A stretch of DNA of 64,000 bases, taken from a virus. The translations under genes were made by a program, and so were the position numbers. Below, piece after piece: positions 17,312-27,814 of this stretch (positions are counted from its first letter, which is position 1; every line of letters starts with the position of its first letter). The stretch is taken from IMG/VR virus record IMGVR_UViG_3300027759_000051; one strand, given 5' to 3'. The notes below the pieces were generated by a model. The model worked only from the letters and a program-made list of their open reading frames with translations. It ran no database searches and had not been told where the DNA came from.

Positions 17312-20300
17312 ATGTCAGATTCGCATGTAGAAGTAAAACTTGATGCTGATATAGCTGGCTTTATAGCCAACATGAAGCGCGCTGAGCGCGTAATGAAGAG
17401 CTTTAACCGCCAAGAGAATAAGATGCTTGCTGGTGGCGGTATGAATTCATACCTATCCCAGATGGACAAGAAGAATGTAAGCGTTAAGAAGTCTTTTGAC
17501 TCACTTGACCAAGGCGTAAAAATGCTTGGAACCGGACTTACTAAGTTCCTCGGCGTTGCGTTAAAAGGGACAATACTGCAAATGGCCGCAATGGGTGCTG
17601 CAATGCTTGCAATTCACGCTTCATTTGTCGTCGGGCAGGGACTGGCTAAGCTCTATGCGGGAGCAATGAAACTTATTTCCGGTGGAGCCGCTGGTCTAGT
17701 AGTGATTCTTGGGACAGTTGCTGCAGCAATGCGTGAACAGCAGGCAGCAATGTTTTCATTCTCTGGAGGCGGAGCAAAGCAATTCGGATCTGGAACAAAC
17801 CAAGCAAGAGTAGCAATGCGTGCCCTTGCCACTGATGCTGATCTTGCTGGTCTTGGAATGAAGAACATTAACAAGACATACGCCGCAATGGCCAAAAGCA
17901 TGAACTCAACGCAGATTCTTGGTTCAAAGAACTCAATTAAGGCATTGTTTGACTTTGGAGCAGCTGGTCAAGATCCAGCAGCTGCAGCAGAAAAAATTGG
18001 TGTTGTTGTTGAAGCATTGAATAACTCAAAGAAGAGTTTTGGAGATGTTCAAACAGCAGCAAAGGCTCTTGGTCCGCAAATGGAAAAAGCCATGAAGGAT
18101 CTTGGAATAAAAAGCAAAAAACAATTCCAAGAAGCATTGCTATCTGGAGAACTTGCCAAGAGTGGTGGAGTTTTTGGTCAGTTTGCTGAAGTAAACAATA
18201 CCTTGATAGGGAGAGTTAAAACATTTTTTAATCTTGTAAAAGAAGAATTTGCTGATTTTGGTCAAAAGTTTTTGGAACCAGCAAAAGTAGCAATGCAGAA
18301 AGTATTTAGAATAATACAAACAAGCATAATGAAACTTACTGGCGAACTTGATTCTTTTGGAACAGGTCAATTCTTTGATGGTCTAGTTAGTGTAGTTGAA
18401 AAAGTGTCAAACTTTTTTGTTAATGTTGTAAGAAAATACCTTCCAGACGCAAAAACAACAGTTTCTGGAATGAGTGGAAATTTTGAGAGAATGGCTAAAG
18501 GTTGGCAATTCATTGTTGACAAACTTCGTCCGTTTATTGAGGGTGCAAAGGTTCTAGAGCAAGTATTTGTTCCAATTTTTGAAGTAATAAAAGAACAAGG
18601 TGCAAAAAGTTTTGGAAAGTTTAACGAAGAACTTGTAGCAAACTCAGCAGCATTTGCCGACATTGGAGAAAGATTTGCTGGATTGATAGAGGCTGCTTTT
18701 GAAGTTGGCAGAACTTTCAGAGCGATGATAATAGACTCTTTGCCATTCCTGAGTGACGTTGTTGCTGGGTTAACAACTTTGCTAAATCAGTTAAATGGCG
18801 TAAAACAAATATTTGGAAATATGTTTGGATCAACTGGTGGTCTGATGGCATTCTCCGTTATGGCTAGACAGATGAAACAAACGCAGGGTGGGATTATGGG
18901 AACGGTTAAGGGGACAATGACCCTTACTCCGCATACTGTTGTCATAAATGCTCCAGGCGCCCCACCAACAACGCTAACCGCAACCCCGGGTGGTGCTCCG
19001 AATAGATATGGAGGCGCAGGTACGGCCCCTGCTGGAACTGGTACTCCACCACCTGGTGGGCTAAGCTCCGGCAAGGCTCCAGTGTTTGCTCCACCCATTG
19101 CTTCACAGGCACAGCCAGCACCAACAAAGCAGTTAATTGCTGGAAAATCAAGATCTAGTTCTTTACGTTTTTCTTTTGGTGGAAGACAGCAGTATCAACT
19201 TCCAGAAAATCAACTCTACAGCCAGACAACCGGACGAACACTAAGGGGTGAAACCAGAGGAATGAAACTACGCGCCTTGCGCGGAACAGCTGGTGGTACA
19301 GCACTTCTTGGTAATAAACAACTTGGAATAAGTGGTGCCGCAAATGGCATGGGTGCAAAACTTGGCGTTGGCATGGGTCTTTCAATGCTCTCTCAACGTG
19401 CTCCAAAAGAGATGCAAGGCTCGCTCGCTCTTGGTGGAATGGTTGGAATGTACAACCCTATGGCTGGATTGGCTATAGCCGGTCTTGGTGGTGCTGCTAG
19501 CGCTAGGAACCCAGCTACCGGAGCGCTGGCTGGTGGTGTTGGTGGTGCTGCTGCTGGAGCAATGGTCGCAGGTCCAGTTGGAGCAGCAATAGGCGGCGCC
19601 CTCGGTGCTCTAGGTGGTGCACTTATGGGTGCTGCAAATAAATTTAAAATGGAAGCAAAAGAAGCAAAAGAAGCAATAGATACATCAATTGAAAGACTCA
19701 ATCTTGAAGCGATAAGGGACGTTGGCAATAGGCTGTATGCAAATATTCAGGCAGTTAAAGAAGGGCAACTAACTGGAAATTCACAAAGCGCAATGGGTGG
19801 TTTTAATAAACAGATAAATAGGCAGTCAAACACTGTCCTGAAAGCAGCAAGAGCCATTCAGGAAAATTATAAATTATTTACTGATGAAGAGATAAAGGCT
19901 GGAACTGGTGCTGGAAGTGCTTCTGATGCAAGAACATTGATGAAACTTAAAGACAATCCAATTCTTGCACAAAAATTTAAAATGAGATATAAAATTGGCG
20001 ATGAGAATATTGGTAACAAAACAATAGGCGAGGTTGAAAATTTAGTAAAGACAAATGCTGGCCATGAGTATAAAACTCTTTTGAAAGATGTTGAAATAAA
20101 TAATAATACAAATAAATATGGTGGTTATAAAATATCCAAAAATGAAAGTAAAAAAATAGACAAGAATGCAACAGTAGCTGCCGAAAATCTTATTAAATTA
20201 ACAGCAGATCAATTTAAAGCAAGTGATTTGTCAGAAAAGCAATCAAAGTTAAGAATTAGTAATCTTCAAGCGATGACTGGCAAAACAATCGCAGAAATTG

Positions 20301-21733
20301 AAGCGTTGGCTTACGAAACAGGAACGCCACTTTATAGCGCAACAGTAAAATATAAAGACATTGTTGAACAACTTGGACTAACAACAGTAAAGACTGCAGC
20401 ACAAATGAGGCAGTCTAATACCGACATTTTATTAACTGCTGGACAAATATTTAAAGACATAATAAGCCAAAAAGAAGGCGTTAGCATCACTAACGAAAAA
20501 GCAGAGGCAATGCGCGTTCAGCTTGCAAACGGAACAGCAGAATCAACAGATGTTATTAAATTTCTTGACGACATGCAGGCACCACTTCTTTCAAAATTTG
20601 GTGGTGATCCAATAAAAGTTGTTGAATCAATGATGACCGGACTGGGAACAATTGCTGAACCAGGTAAGCAATTCCAAAAAGGTGGAGTTTTTGAAAATAT
20701 AGATCCAAAACTATTCTTCACGCCAGAAGTTCAGAAAGCTCTTCCCGACTTTTACAAAGAAGCATTGAGTGGCTTAACAGATGGATCAGCAAGTCAGATA
20801 ATGACAATTCTTGCTGATCAGAATAAAACCACAGATAAAAATTTACTGATGGATAAAATAAAAAATCTACCAATAGATCAGCAATTGGCATTTTTCCGTG
20901 GAGTTCAGGGCACTACAACATCTCTGGAGGATACAGCAAATGGGCCAGTTAGAAATATAGCAGTACCTGGGTTTGGTGGAATTTCGGGAGGAGAGGGTCA
21001 GGATACATCAACTGCATTCCTCAAGATGCTTGGCCTTCCTTCAATGACTACTGGAACATTATTCAAAGATGGAACAGCAATTGATAATGTAGTAACCAAC
21101 CTAGACACATACTCAGCAGAAGTGCAAGCATTAATAACAGCCAATGATGAAAAATTTGGAAAACTATTTGCTGGGATAAATGCTAGACCAGACTGGATGG
21201 GTCCAGATGCTCTTAAGAAAGTATTCATAGAGGCTGGAATCATAAAAAATGACACCAATACACCGCGTGGTCAAATGGTTGGCGACACGACATCGAGCAG
21301 ATTGAGTCAGACAATGGCTCGTCATTCCTCAATTGACGGAATGCTGACAGGAAAGAGATCAGTTACTTCCGCATACAGAACAACTGGTCTTGGATCAATA
21401 AATTCAGACCACGTTACAGGTAGGGCACTAGACCTAGTAGGTCCGAACCTCGGTCAATATAAAACGCTCACTGATCAGGCTGGTGGTTTTGCTGAGTTCC
21501 ATGGACGCGGAGGAAGCAGACATCTGCATGTGGTTCCAGGACCTGGAGCAATGGGTGATACAACTGTTCCATCATTAACGCAGAGGCCAATGGCAATGAC
21601 TCAATCTGGCGGTGGTGGTTCAACAAACTATTACACATTCCAGATAACGGGCGGTAATGCTTCTCCAGAAGAGATAGCAAACAGAGTTATGGCAAAGATA
21701 AAAGATAATGCAAGAGCCGAGATGGAGCGCTAA
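17312..21733 (+). CDS. Tape measure protein with C-terminal M15-like peptidase domain
   Basis: ~1470 aa, Ala/Gly-rich and helical, with hydrophobic segments; TSAYR...SDHVTGRALDL...HLHV. Start probably ATG 17312 (SD GGAG). Confidence 0.9.
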   Translation: MSDSHVEVKLDADIAGFIANMKRAERVMKSFNRQENKMLAGGGMNSYLSQMDKKNVSVKKSFDSLDQGVKMLGTGLTKFLGVALKGTILQMAAMGAAMLAIHASFVVGQGLAKLYAGAMKLISGGAAGLVVILGTVAAAMREQQAAMFSFSGGGAKQFGSGTNQARVAMRALATDADLAGLGMKNINKTYAAMAKSMNSTQILGSKNSIKALFDFGAAGQDPAAAAEKIGVVVEALNNSKKSFGDVQTAAKALGPQMEKAMKDLGIKSKKQFQEALLSGELAKSGGVFGQFAEVNNTLIGRVKTFFNLVKEEFADFGQKFLEPAKVAMQKVFRIIQTSIMKLTGELDSFGTGQFFDGLVSVVEKVSNFFVNVVRKYLPDAKTTVSGMSGNFERMAKGWQFIVDKLRPFIEGAKVLEQVFVPIFEVIKEQGAKSFGKFNEELVANSAAFADIGERFAGLIEAAFEVGRTFRAMIIDSLPFLSDVVAGLTTLLNQLNGVKQIFGNMFGSTGGLMAFSVMARQMKQTQGGIMGTVKGTMTLTPHTVVINAPGAPPTTLTATPGGAPNRYGGAGTAPAGTGTPPPGGLSSGKAPVFAPPIASQAQPAPTKQLIAGKSRSSSLRFSFGGRQQYQLPENQLYSQTTGRTLRGETRGMKLRALRGTAGGTALLGNKQLGISGAANGMGAKLGVGMGLSMLSQRAPKEMQGSLALGGMVGMYNPMAGLAIAGLGGAASARNPATGALAGGVGGAAAGAMVAGPVGAAIGGALGALGGALMGAANKFKMEAKEAKEAIDTSIERLNLEAIRDVGNRLYANIQAVKEGQLTGNSQSAMGGFNKQINRQSNTVLKAARAIQENYKLFTDEEIKAGTGAGSASDARTLMKLKDNPILAQKFKMRYKIGDENIGNKTIGEVENLVKTNAGHEYKTLLKDVEINNNTNKYGGYKISKNESKKIDKNATVAAENLIKLTADQFKASDLSEKQSKLRISNLQAMTGKTIAEIEALAYETGTPLYSATVKYKDIVEQLGLTTVKTAAQMRQSNTDILLTAGQIFKDIISQKEGVSITNEKAEAMRVQLANGTAESTDVIKFLDDMQAPLLSKFGGDPIKVVESMMTGLGTIAEPGKQFQKGGVFENIDPKLFFTPEVQKALPDFYKEALSGLTDGSASQIMTILADQNKTTDKNLLMDKIKNLPIDQQLAFFRGVQGTTTSLEDTANGPVRNIAVPGFGGISGGEGQDTSTAFLKMLGLPSMTTGTLFKDGTAIDNVVTNLDTYSAEVQALITANDEKFGKLFAGINARPDWMGPDALKKVFIEAGIIKNDTNTPRGQMVGDTTSSRLSQTMARHSSIDGMLTGKRSVTSAYRTTGLGSINSDHVTGRALDLVGPNLGQYKTLTDQAGGFAEFHGRGGSRHLHVVPGPGAMGDTTVPSLTQRPMAMTQSGGGGSTNYYTFQITGGNASPEEIANRVMAKIKDNARAEMER

Positions 21734-23304
21734 TGCCTCATAACTACGCAAACAACAGGCTTCCCGATTACCTTGAAACCCCAAACTTAATCACCCCTCC
21801 TGGTACGTATTTTTTTAAAGAAGTCAGAAGACTTCAATCAACAGCAACGCAACCACTATCTCGGTATCCCGGATACCCAATATTCCATTTCTATAAGCAG
21901 ATCAGAGAAGGTGGATCAACCGTAGAGCAGAGAGTTGATGACCTTGAGTTCTGGCAACCAGTATCTACTCTTCCTTACGTCCGTTACGATATAGATGACG
22001 AATATACAATATCAAATGCAAGAGATATAGAAACTCCGTTAGCGTCGGATGGCAATACTGGAAGAAGACTCTGGACGGAAGATTGGTTGCCTTTTACGCA
22101 TAGGTTTGCTGGTGGCAAAATTTTTATTGCTACAAACAAATTTGCTGATATTTTTGGATCTAATCAAAAGAAAAATCCTTATGGATATAATTTAATACGT
22201 CTATGGGTTCTACACCCAGATTATAGTAATTTTTCTTTTATTGACGACGAGGGACAAAGAAGAATTTCTTACTTCTACTTACACCCTTCGTACAGTCAAA
22301 CAGGAACAAATATTTTTTGGAATTTTTCTTTTTATGCGATACCCAAAAACTTAACATATTCACTATCCACACTAGAAGAAGTAAAAACTGCACAAGAGGA
22401 TATTGTTTCTGAAAACTCAATATCAAATTATGTTGTTACGTCTGACTCGGTAAGAAGATCAGTTGTTGAAAGTATTGCAGAGTATGCATATAAATTTCTT
22501 GGAAAGACTCAAGAACAATCAGTAAAGTACGCAAACACGGTTGTTAAAAAACTCACGAATAACAACGGTGACGATATTATCCGTCGCCCATACGATAACG
22601 GACTTGCAAAGAAGACCGTAACGGTGACAAGAAGCACTTTTGGCGGAAGATCTGGGTACGTATCACCAGGGGTATCCGCAAATTCTAGTTCGCAGCCACA
22701 GATAGTTCAGCAGTATCGCGTTGAAGGAACCGGATCACCAGTTACAAATAGACACATATTTCAGTTTAAGCCAAACCAGGTAAGTTACTCGGGAATGGGT
22801 TCAGAGTGGACGGAAATACCAAGAACTGGAAATGTTCCTTTAGTTGACTGGAAGAGCTACAAATTGCTCCAAGTAACTTTTCAATTTCTTGTTGCTCCTG
22901 ATGATAATGGAAGCCTTGATGACACAACGGATGGGAAAAAAATAACACTATCTATTGATGACAAGATAAGAACATTAAGGAAAATGGCAGTTACGCCTTA
23001 TCCTGTTTATGTTCTAGGCTTTGACGAGATACTTGCACAGCAGATGCGCTTTCCATTTAATGCTGGTCGTGGAGTTGAGTTTATAATTGCAGAATTTAAC
23101 GTAACTTCACTAATGAGGACCGACTCTGGTGAAATAAATAGGGCACAGTGCGACATGACGCTAAGAGAAATACCTATTGACAGCGTGAAGCTTATTGACT
23201 TTCCAAAAATATCATTCCAAGGAATTAAAGTTGAAAAAAAGAAGAAAAAAGGTGAAGAAGATACTGGTAATAACCTCTGGGACACTAACGACGTAAAACC
23301 ATAA
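21733..23304 (+). CDS. Tube initiator/baseplate-associated protein
   Basis: Follows tape measure; C-terminal FQFKPNQVSY...EIPR...RAQCDMTLRE resembles tube-initiator folds. Confidence 0.65.
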   Translation: MPHNYANNRLPDYLETPNLITPPGTYFFKEVRRLQSTATQPLSRYPGYPIFHFYKQIREGGSTVEQRVDDLEFWQPVSTLPYVRYDIDDEYTISNARDIETPLASDGNTGRRLWTEDWLPFTHRFAGGKIFIATNKFADIFGSNQKKNPYGYNLIRLWVLHPDYSNFSFIDDEGQRRISYFYLHPSYSQTGTNIFWNFSFYAIPKNLTYSLSTLEEVKTAQEDIVSENSISNYVVTSDSVRRSVVESIAEYAYKFLGKTQEQSVKYANTVVKKLTNNNGDDIIRRPYDNGLAKKTVTVTRSTFGGRSGYVSPGVSANSSSQPQIVQQYRVEGTGSPVTNRHIFQFKPNQVSYSGMGSEWTEIPRTGNVPLVDWKSYKLLQVTFQFLVAPDDNGSLDDTTDGKKITLSIDDKIRTLRKMAVTPYPVYVLGFDEILAQQMRFPFNAGRGVEFIIAEFNVTSLMRTDSGEINRAQCDMTLREIPIDSVKLIDFPKISFQGIKVEKKKKKGEEDTGNNLWDTNDVKP

Positions 23305-23305
23305 T

Positions 23306-25663
23306 ATGGAAATTAAATCTTTTCAAGACAGAAATAAAGCCGGGAATATATCAATTGCTGATATAGGTTCTGCTTCTTTGACTGAAATTAATAAACTAGT
23401 TGTTTCTATCCGTATTAGCTACTCAATGTCAATGGCCTCTGAACTCCAATTCACAGTTATTGATCCAGACTTTACGATGTTAGCCAAGAACTACTTCCTA
23501 ATTGGAAGAAGTGTTATATACACATCTCAAACGCTTGGGACGATTGACTCTTTTGAATATTCAAAGAAAAATCAAAGAAATGTATCAAACATTGATCAAC
23601 TTTTTGAAATAGCAAGAATAGATATTTCCGAAAGCCCTGGATCCTCTCCTCAAATCAGGATTACTTGCTATCCACAAGCCATACAGCAAATGAAAAGAGA
23701 CAAGAAACCAAGCCAGATAACTGCGAGCGGAAGCAATTTTGTTGTTCAGGCAGCAAAAAAGTACGGACTCCAAAGCGCTGTGCAAAAAACTTCAAAAAAA
23801 CAAACAATAAATAAGGCTTCTGGAACAAAGCAGGCTGAGTCATTATGGGATGTTCTATCTCGTCTTGCTACTGACTCCAAGTTCGTCGTTTTTGAAGTAA
23901 ATGGAACTCTTGTTTTTGCAGCTCAAGAATATATATTGAATAAATGGGGCACAAGTTCTGAAGAAGTTTTTGAATGGGATAAGAAAAAGAAACAAGCAGT
24001 ACCTAAAATAAAAAAATACGTGCCGCTACGGTACCCAAGCGTTTCAAGATACGGAACAAACGGGGAAATAATTGCTCCAGACTTTGAAATACTAAGCTTA
24101 CCAAACTTGGAGTTTTCAGATAACGATCCATATGAAGGGCGTGGGTCTTTGAACCTCGCTAGAAGAAATGCAACGCAACTAAGACCTGGTATGACGATAG
24201 ACATAACTGGAATCCCGCAGTTTGAGGGGAAGTACTTAATAGAAAGCGTTTCTTTTGATGACCTTTCGCCAGATCCAGTAAATATAACCTTCAGAAAGCC
24301 AGAAAAAGATCCAACGAAGATAAAAAATCTTAGAATTGGTGTAAGGACAAATCAAACTAATGAATTCCTTGGTAATGACAAGACTCAAACAGGCCCATAT
24401 GGAAAGCTATCAAATAAAAGCAGAAAAATAATTCCAGATGCAGCTCGTTTACTTAACTTAACAACTGGGACTACCGAGATTGACCAAAAACTTCCTTCAA
24501 AAATATACCCTCTCCCATCCCCATTTAAGCAAACACTGTACCCAGTTGTCCCAAAAAATTTATCAGCATTTGTTATTGAGTATGGAAATACGGAACTATG
24601 GGGACGCCCAATATTTAAAGATGAGTCAGGAATATATCCACTTGACACAAGAATAGTAAGAGTTAATAGTACGGAAACAACAATATCACCAGCACCAACT
24701 ATCTCTTTTAATTATTCTGGAAATATTGACTTATTTACTAGACCGGGAGTTCAGAACGGAGATTCAGTATCTACTGTATACAGTTACGGTTTTTACGATA
24801 GTCAAATTAAAAAAGAAGTTTTAATACCTACGGTCATATGGCTCAACGGAGAAGGTGTGCTAGTCAGCAACGAAAAAGCAGTTGCGCACTATTACAAGTA
24901 TGGCGAACATCTAGGAATATTTAATACTGCTGCTGAATCTACTGCCATGGCTCTCCTGATACACACACAACAGGAAGAATATTATGGTGGAACCATTGGT
25001 ACGTATAACGCTGCCGTAGCTGCATCTGGAAAATATATACTCCTTCCAGGCATCTACCTTGATGAATCATCACAGATAAAAAGACAGACTACGGATGAAG
25101 AAGCCTTTTCTCTTTATCAAGAAAATGAAAAGCACCTTGGAAAGTTTAAAACACCAAGTCTTGCCAGCAATTATAAAGATTTTCTTGATATTCAGCAAAT
25201 ACAAATACTTAAAAATAGATTCCCACCTCCGTTCATGGACTTCCCAGAGAGTTCCCTATATCCACTGCCAAGTGCAGGAGAACAACTTAACTACCCTTTC
25301 ATGGGGAGTGGATTAATCACTGAAGGCAACATAAACCTATACACAGTTGCTACAAAGGAATTCCTCACAGCAGGAAAAACATACCTGCATTTACTTAATC
25401 CAGTAGTCAAGTATCCAGTAATCGAGGAGGGTGTAAATGGTGGAAATCCATTTGCCTTAGTCTTGTCAACAATATGGAACATAGATGGATTAAGCACCTC
25501 TTTGAATACAGAAAAGGCATATAGGAAATACCTCGCTGATGGACTTTTTCTAGCAAAATGTGAATCTGTATTTGATGCAAACATTTATAGAAGATTAATA
25601 CTTCATCAGCAGTTGATTACGTTTAATGAGCGTTTTCCGGGATTGGGCATAAATGTCACGTGA
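23306..25663 (+). CDS. Baseplate hub (late control D-like) with three C-terminal repeat domains
   Basis: ELQFTVIDPD, ESLWDVLSRLA, LRPGMTIDITGIPQFEGKYLIESV; repeats GNI(D/N)L...HLG.F.T...HQQ. Confidence 0.8.
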   Translation: MEIKSFQDRNKAGNISIADIGSASLTEINKLVVSIRISYSMSMASELQFTVIDPDFTMLAKNYFLIGRSVIYTSQTLGTIDSFEYSKKNQRNVSNIDQLFEIARIDISESPGSSPQIRITCYPQAIQQMKRDKKPSQITASGSNFVVQAAKKYGLQSAVQKTSKKQTINKASGTKQAESLWDVLSRLATDSKFVVFEVNGTLVFAAQEYILNKWGTSSEEVFEWDKKKKQAVPKIKKYVPLRYPSVSRYGTNGEIIAPDFEILSLPNLEFSDNDPYEGRGSLNLARRNATQLRPGMTIDITGIPQFEGKYLIESVSFDDLSPDPVNITFRKPEKDPTKIKNLRIGVRTNQTNEFLGNDKTQTGPYGKLSNKSRKIIPDAARLLNLTTGTTEIDQKLPSKIYPLPSPFKQTLYPVVPKNLSAFVIEYGNTELWGRPIFKDESGIYPLDTRIVRVNSTETTISPAPTISFNYSGNIDLFTRPGVQNGDSVSTVYSYGFYDSQIKKEVLIPTVIWLNGEGVLVSNEKAVAHYYKYGEHLGIFNTAAESTAMALLIHTQQEEYYGGTIGTYNAAVAASGKYILLPGIYLDESSQIKRQTTDEEAFSLYQENEKHLGKFKTPSLASNYKDFLDIQQIQILKNRFPPPFMDFPESSLYPLPSAGEQLNYPFMGSGLITEGNINLYTVATKEFLTAGKTYLHLLNPVVKYPVIEEGVNGGNPFALVLSTIWNIDGLSTSLNTEKAYRKYLADGLFLAKCESVFDANIYRRLILHQQLITFNERFPGLGINVT

Positions 25664-25979
25664 ACCACAGATAATCAGACGCGATAAACCGACAAGGAAC
25701 CAAAGAGAATATGGTTCTTTTTATAACGGGGTAGTTTCTTCCGTGAGGGACGATGGGCGAATTAGCGTAAAGATACAGGAACTAGGGGTGACTATTGGGC
25801 CGGTGATGCCTCTAAATACTGGCGATAGTAACCATATGACAAAAGGAGACACTGTAATATGCACATTCTCCGACCAGTCAAGTTCGAGTCTTATCGTATT
25901 CGGCTCGGTGTCAAAGATAATTGATCCATTTTCGGTAATTCGGGATGAAAAAATAAGACTATTAATGGAGGTGTGGTAA
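25653..25979 (+). CDS. Baseplate spike (gpV-like OB domain)
   Basis: YNGVVSSV.DDGRISVKI...KGDTVICTF...IVFG. Confidence 0.75.
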   Translation: MSREPQIIRRDKPTRNQREYGSFYNGVVSSVRDDGRISVKIQELGVTIGPVMPLNTGDSNHMTKGDTVICTFSDQSSSSLIVFGSVSKIIDPFSVIRDEKIRLLMEVW

Positions 25980-26047
25980 TGGAGTTGTCATTTCCTAGTA
26001 TTGTTATAAATAGCAAAAAAAATACATTCAGCAAAGTAGTTTCATAA

Positions 26048-26350
26048 ATGGACACAATAAAATTTCCAATAGAATTTGACTCTTCTGGTTTAAAGAAACT
26101 AGAAGATGGCGGAGCCGACTATTACTCCCAGATGCTCACAATTGCCCTACTTACTGAACCACATACATTGCCATTTTCGCCAAAATTTGGTGTTTATTCT
26201 CCAGAGTTTTCAGAATTTGACAAGAATCTGTTTGTTCTCAATGCTGCAAGGTTTGTTCCAGAAATTGAAATAACTTCGCTATTAACAAATTCTGAAGAAA
26301 ATGGAACCGTAAAAACTACATTCTCATTCGTGATTAAGGAACAACAATAA
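26048..26350 (+). CDS. Baseplate wedge gp25-like protein
   Basis: IKFP...TEPHTLPFSPKFG...RFVPEIEI; position. Confidence 0.75.
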   Translation: MDTIKFPIEFDSSGLKKLEDGGADYYSQMLTIALLTEPHTLPFSPKFGVYSPEFSEFDKNLFVLNAARFVPEIEITSLLTNSEENGTVKTTFSFVIKEQQ

Positions 26351-27813
26351 TGCCTGCTGACTTCTCTGAATATATAGATCTCACTCCATTTGACGTTCAA
26401 CCGGGAGAGATGTACTTAAACGCAATCAACACTGCTCAACTTGCTCTTCCTGAATTCAACCTAAGGGTAGGTTCTCCAGAAGATGCCATATTCCAAGCCA
26501 TGGCATATTTGAGTGCGGTTAACGTAGCCTCAATAAACCGCCTTCCAGCACGTCTCATGGCTGGAATACTTTCAATGATGGGTGTACAGAGATCAGAGGG
26601 GATCCCAGCCGAACTAAACTTAACCGTTACTGCCGACTCGTATGATGGAACAACCGTCCCACTTGGCACACTTTTTAGCTTTGAAGCAATATTTGAAGAT
26701 GAAGTACAGGAATATGTATTTGAGTCTACGGAAGCAGTTTCAATACCGGCAGATGAATCACCAGGAGCTGGCGATCCATACCCAAGCGCCACTGTTCCAA
26801 CGCAGTGCGTAAATTCTGGGTTCATAGCAATAGTCAATGAGGGTACCGAATTAAACATTCTAAGTTCTGGTGTTTCAGTAATAAGCGCAATCGCTACCAA
26901 TTCTTTCTCTAACGGAATTGATGCTGATTCGGACTCAGACTATCTAGCCAGATCAGTTTCTTTCCTTTCTTCTTTGACTCAAGCAAACTGTAAAGCTAAC
27001 CAAGTTGAGTCATATATAGCCAGCAATTACCCATCTATCGTAGGAAGGGTAAAGGCTTACGACCTGACATATGGGGACGAAAACTTAGGAAACATAAGTA
27101 CTTATAGAATCGGCTACCCTTTAGCAAGTCAATCGTCTTCAATAGAATGCACATTAAGTTTTAGTTCACCTCACTCGTTTAATATTGGTGAAAAAATACA
27201 TGTTGGTGGTATAAGTAATAGGTTCAACTCAGTTGGAACAAATCTTTATGAAATTACAGATTCTGACGAGTCAACCATAACTTATTTGCTTGGTGGTTCA
27301 TCTACGGCTTCAACTGCTGTACCAAGCGGAGCATCAGTGACAGTTGGTGAAGATGTTCCTGGATATGTGACTGTATTTGTCTACGGGTATAACGAGTTTG
27401 TTTCATCTTCAGACAAGAACTTGATTATTGCAGATGTTGCAAATAGATCTGTTGCTGGGCTAACTTTTGAAATACTTGATCCAGATATCTTATCTCTATA
27501 TGTAGAGGCTGACGTTGTTGTGAACTCAGCATATGACCAGACTCCGTTGCAGGAAGCAATAAATAATGCGGTAATTGACTATCTGAGTCCATTGAAGTTT
27601 TCCTACAATGAAGACAGGGTCAGAAAAAATCAACTGATAGCACTGATAAGTCAAATTCCTGGTGTTATCTATGTTGAGTCATTGCAGATTTCCCCAAATG
27701 GAAGCGGATGGCTTCCACAAAATGATGAAGATCTTATTTTCCAGAATAAAGGTGCCCTGCCTTTAATTGATGACGAAGATATATCAATATCGTTTACAGC
27801 AATAGTGGTTTAA
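26350..27813 (+). CDS. Baseplate J-like protein
   Basis: GSPEDAI, GVQRSEG, VPLGT, GIDADSDSDYLAR, PGYVTVFV, SQIPGVIYV. Confidence 0.88.
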   Translation: MPADFSEYIDLTPFDVQPGEMYLNAINTAQLALPEFNLRVGSPEDAIFQAMAYLSAVNVASINRLPARLMAGILSMMGVQRSEGIPAELNLTVTADSYDGTTVPLGTLFSFEAIFEDEVQEYVFESTEAVSIPADESPGAGDPYPSATVPTQCVNSGFIAIVNEGTELNILSSGVSVISAIATNSFSNGIDADSDSDYLARSVSFLSSLTQANCKANQVESYIASNYPSIVGRVKAYDLTYGDENLGNISTYRIGYPLASQSSSIECTLSFSSPHSFNIGEKIHVGGISNRFNSVGTNLYEITDSDESTITYLLGGSSTASTAVPSGASVTVGEDVPGYVTVFVYGYNEFVSSSDKNLIIADVANRSVAGLTFEILDPDILSLYVEADVVVNSAYDQTPLQEAINNAVIDYLSPLKFSYNEDRVRKNQLIALISQIPGVIYVESLQISPNGSGWLPQNDEDLIFQNKGALPLIDDEDISISFTAIVV

Positions 27814-27814
27814 C

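Noticed and set aside
25979-26047. 22-codon ORF between spike and gp25-like gene
   Set aside because: It is coupled at both ends but too short and featureless to support.
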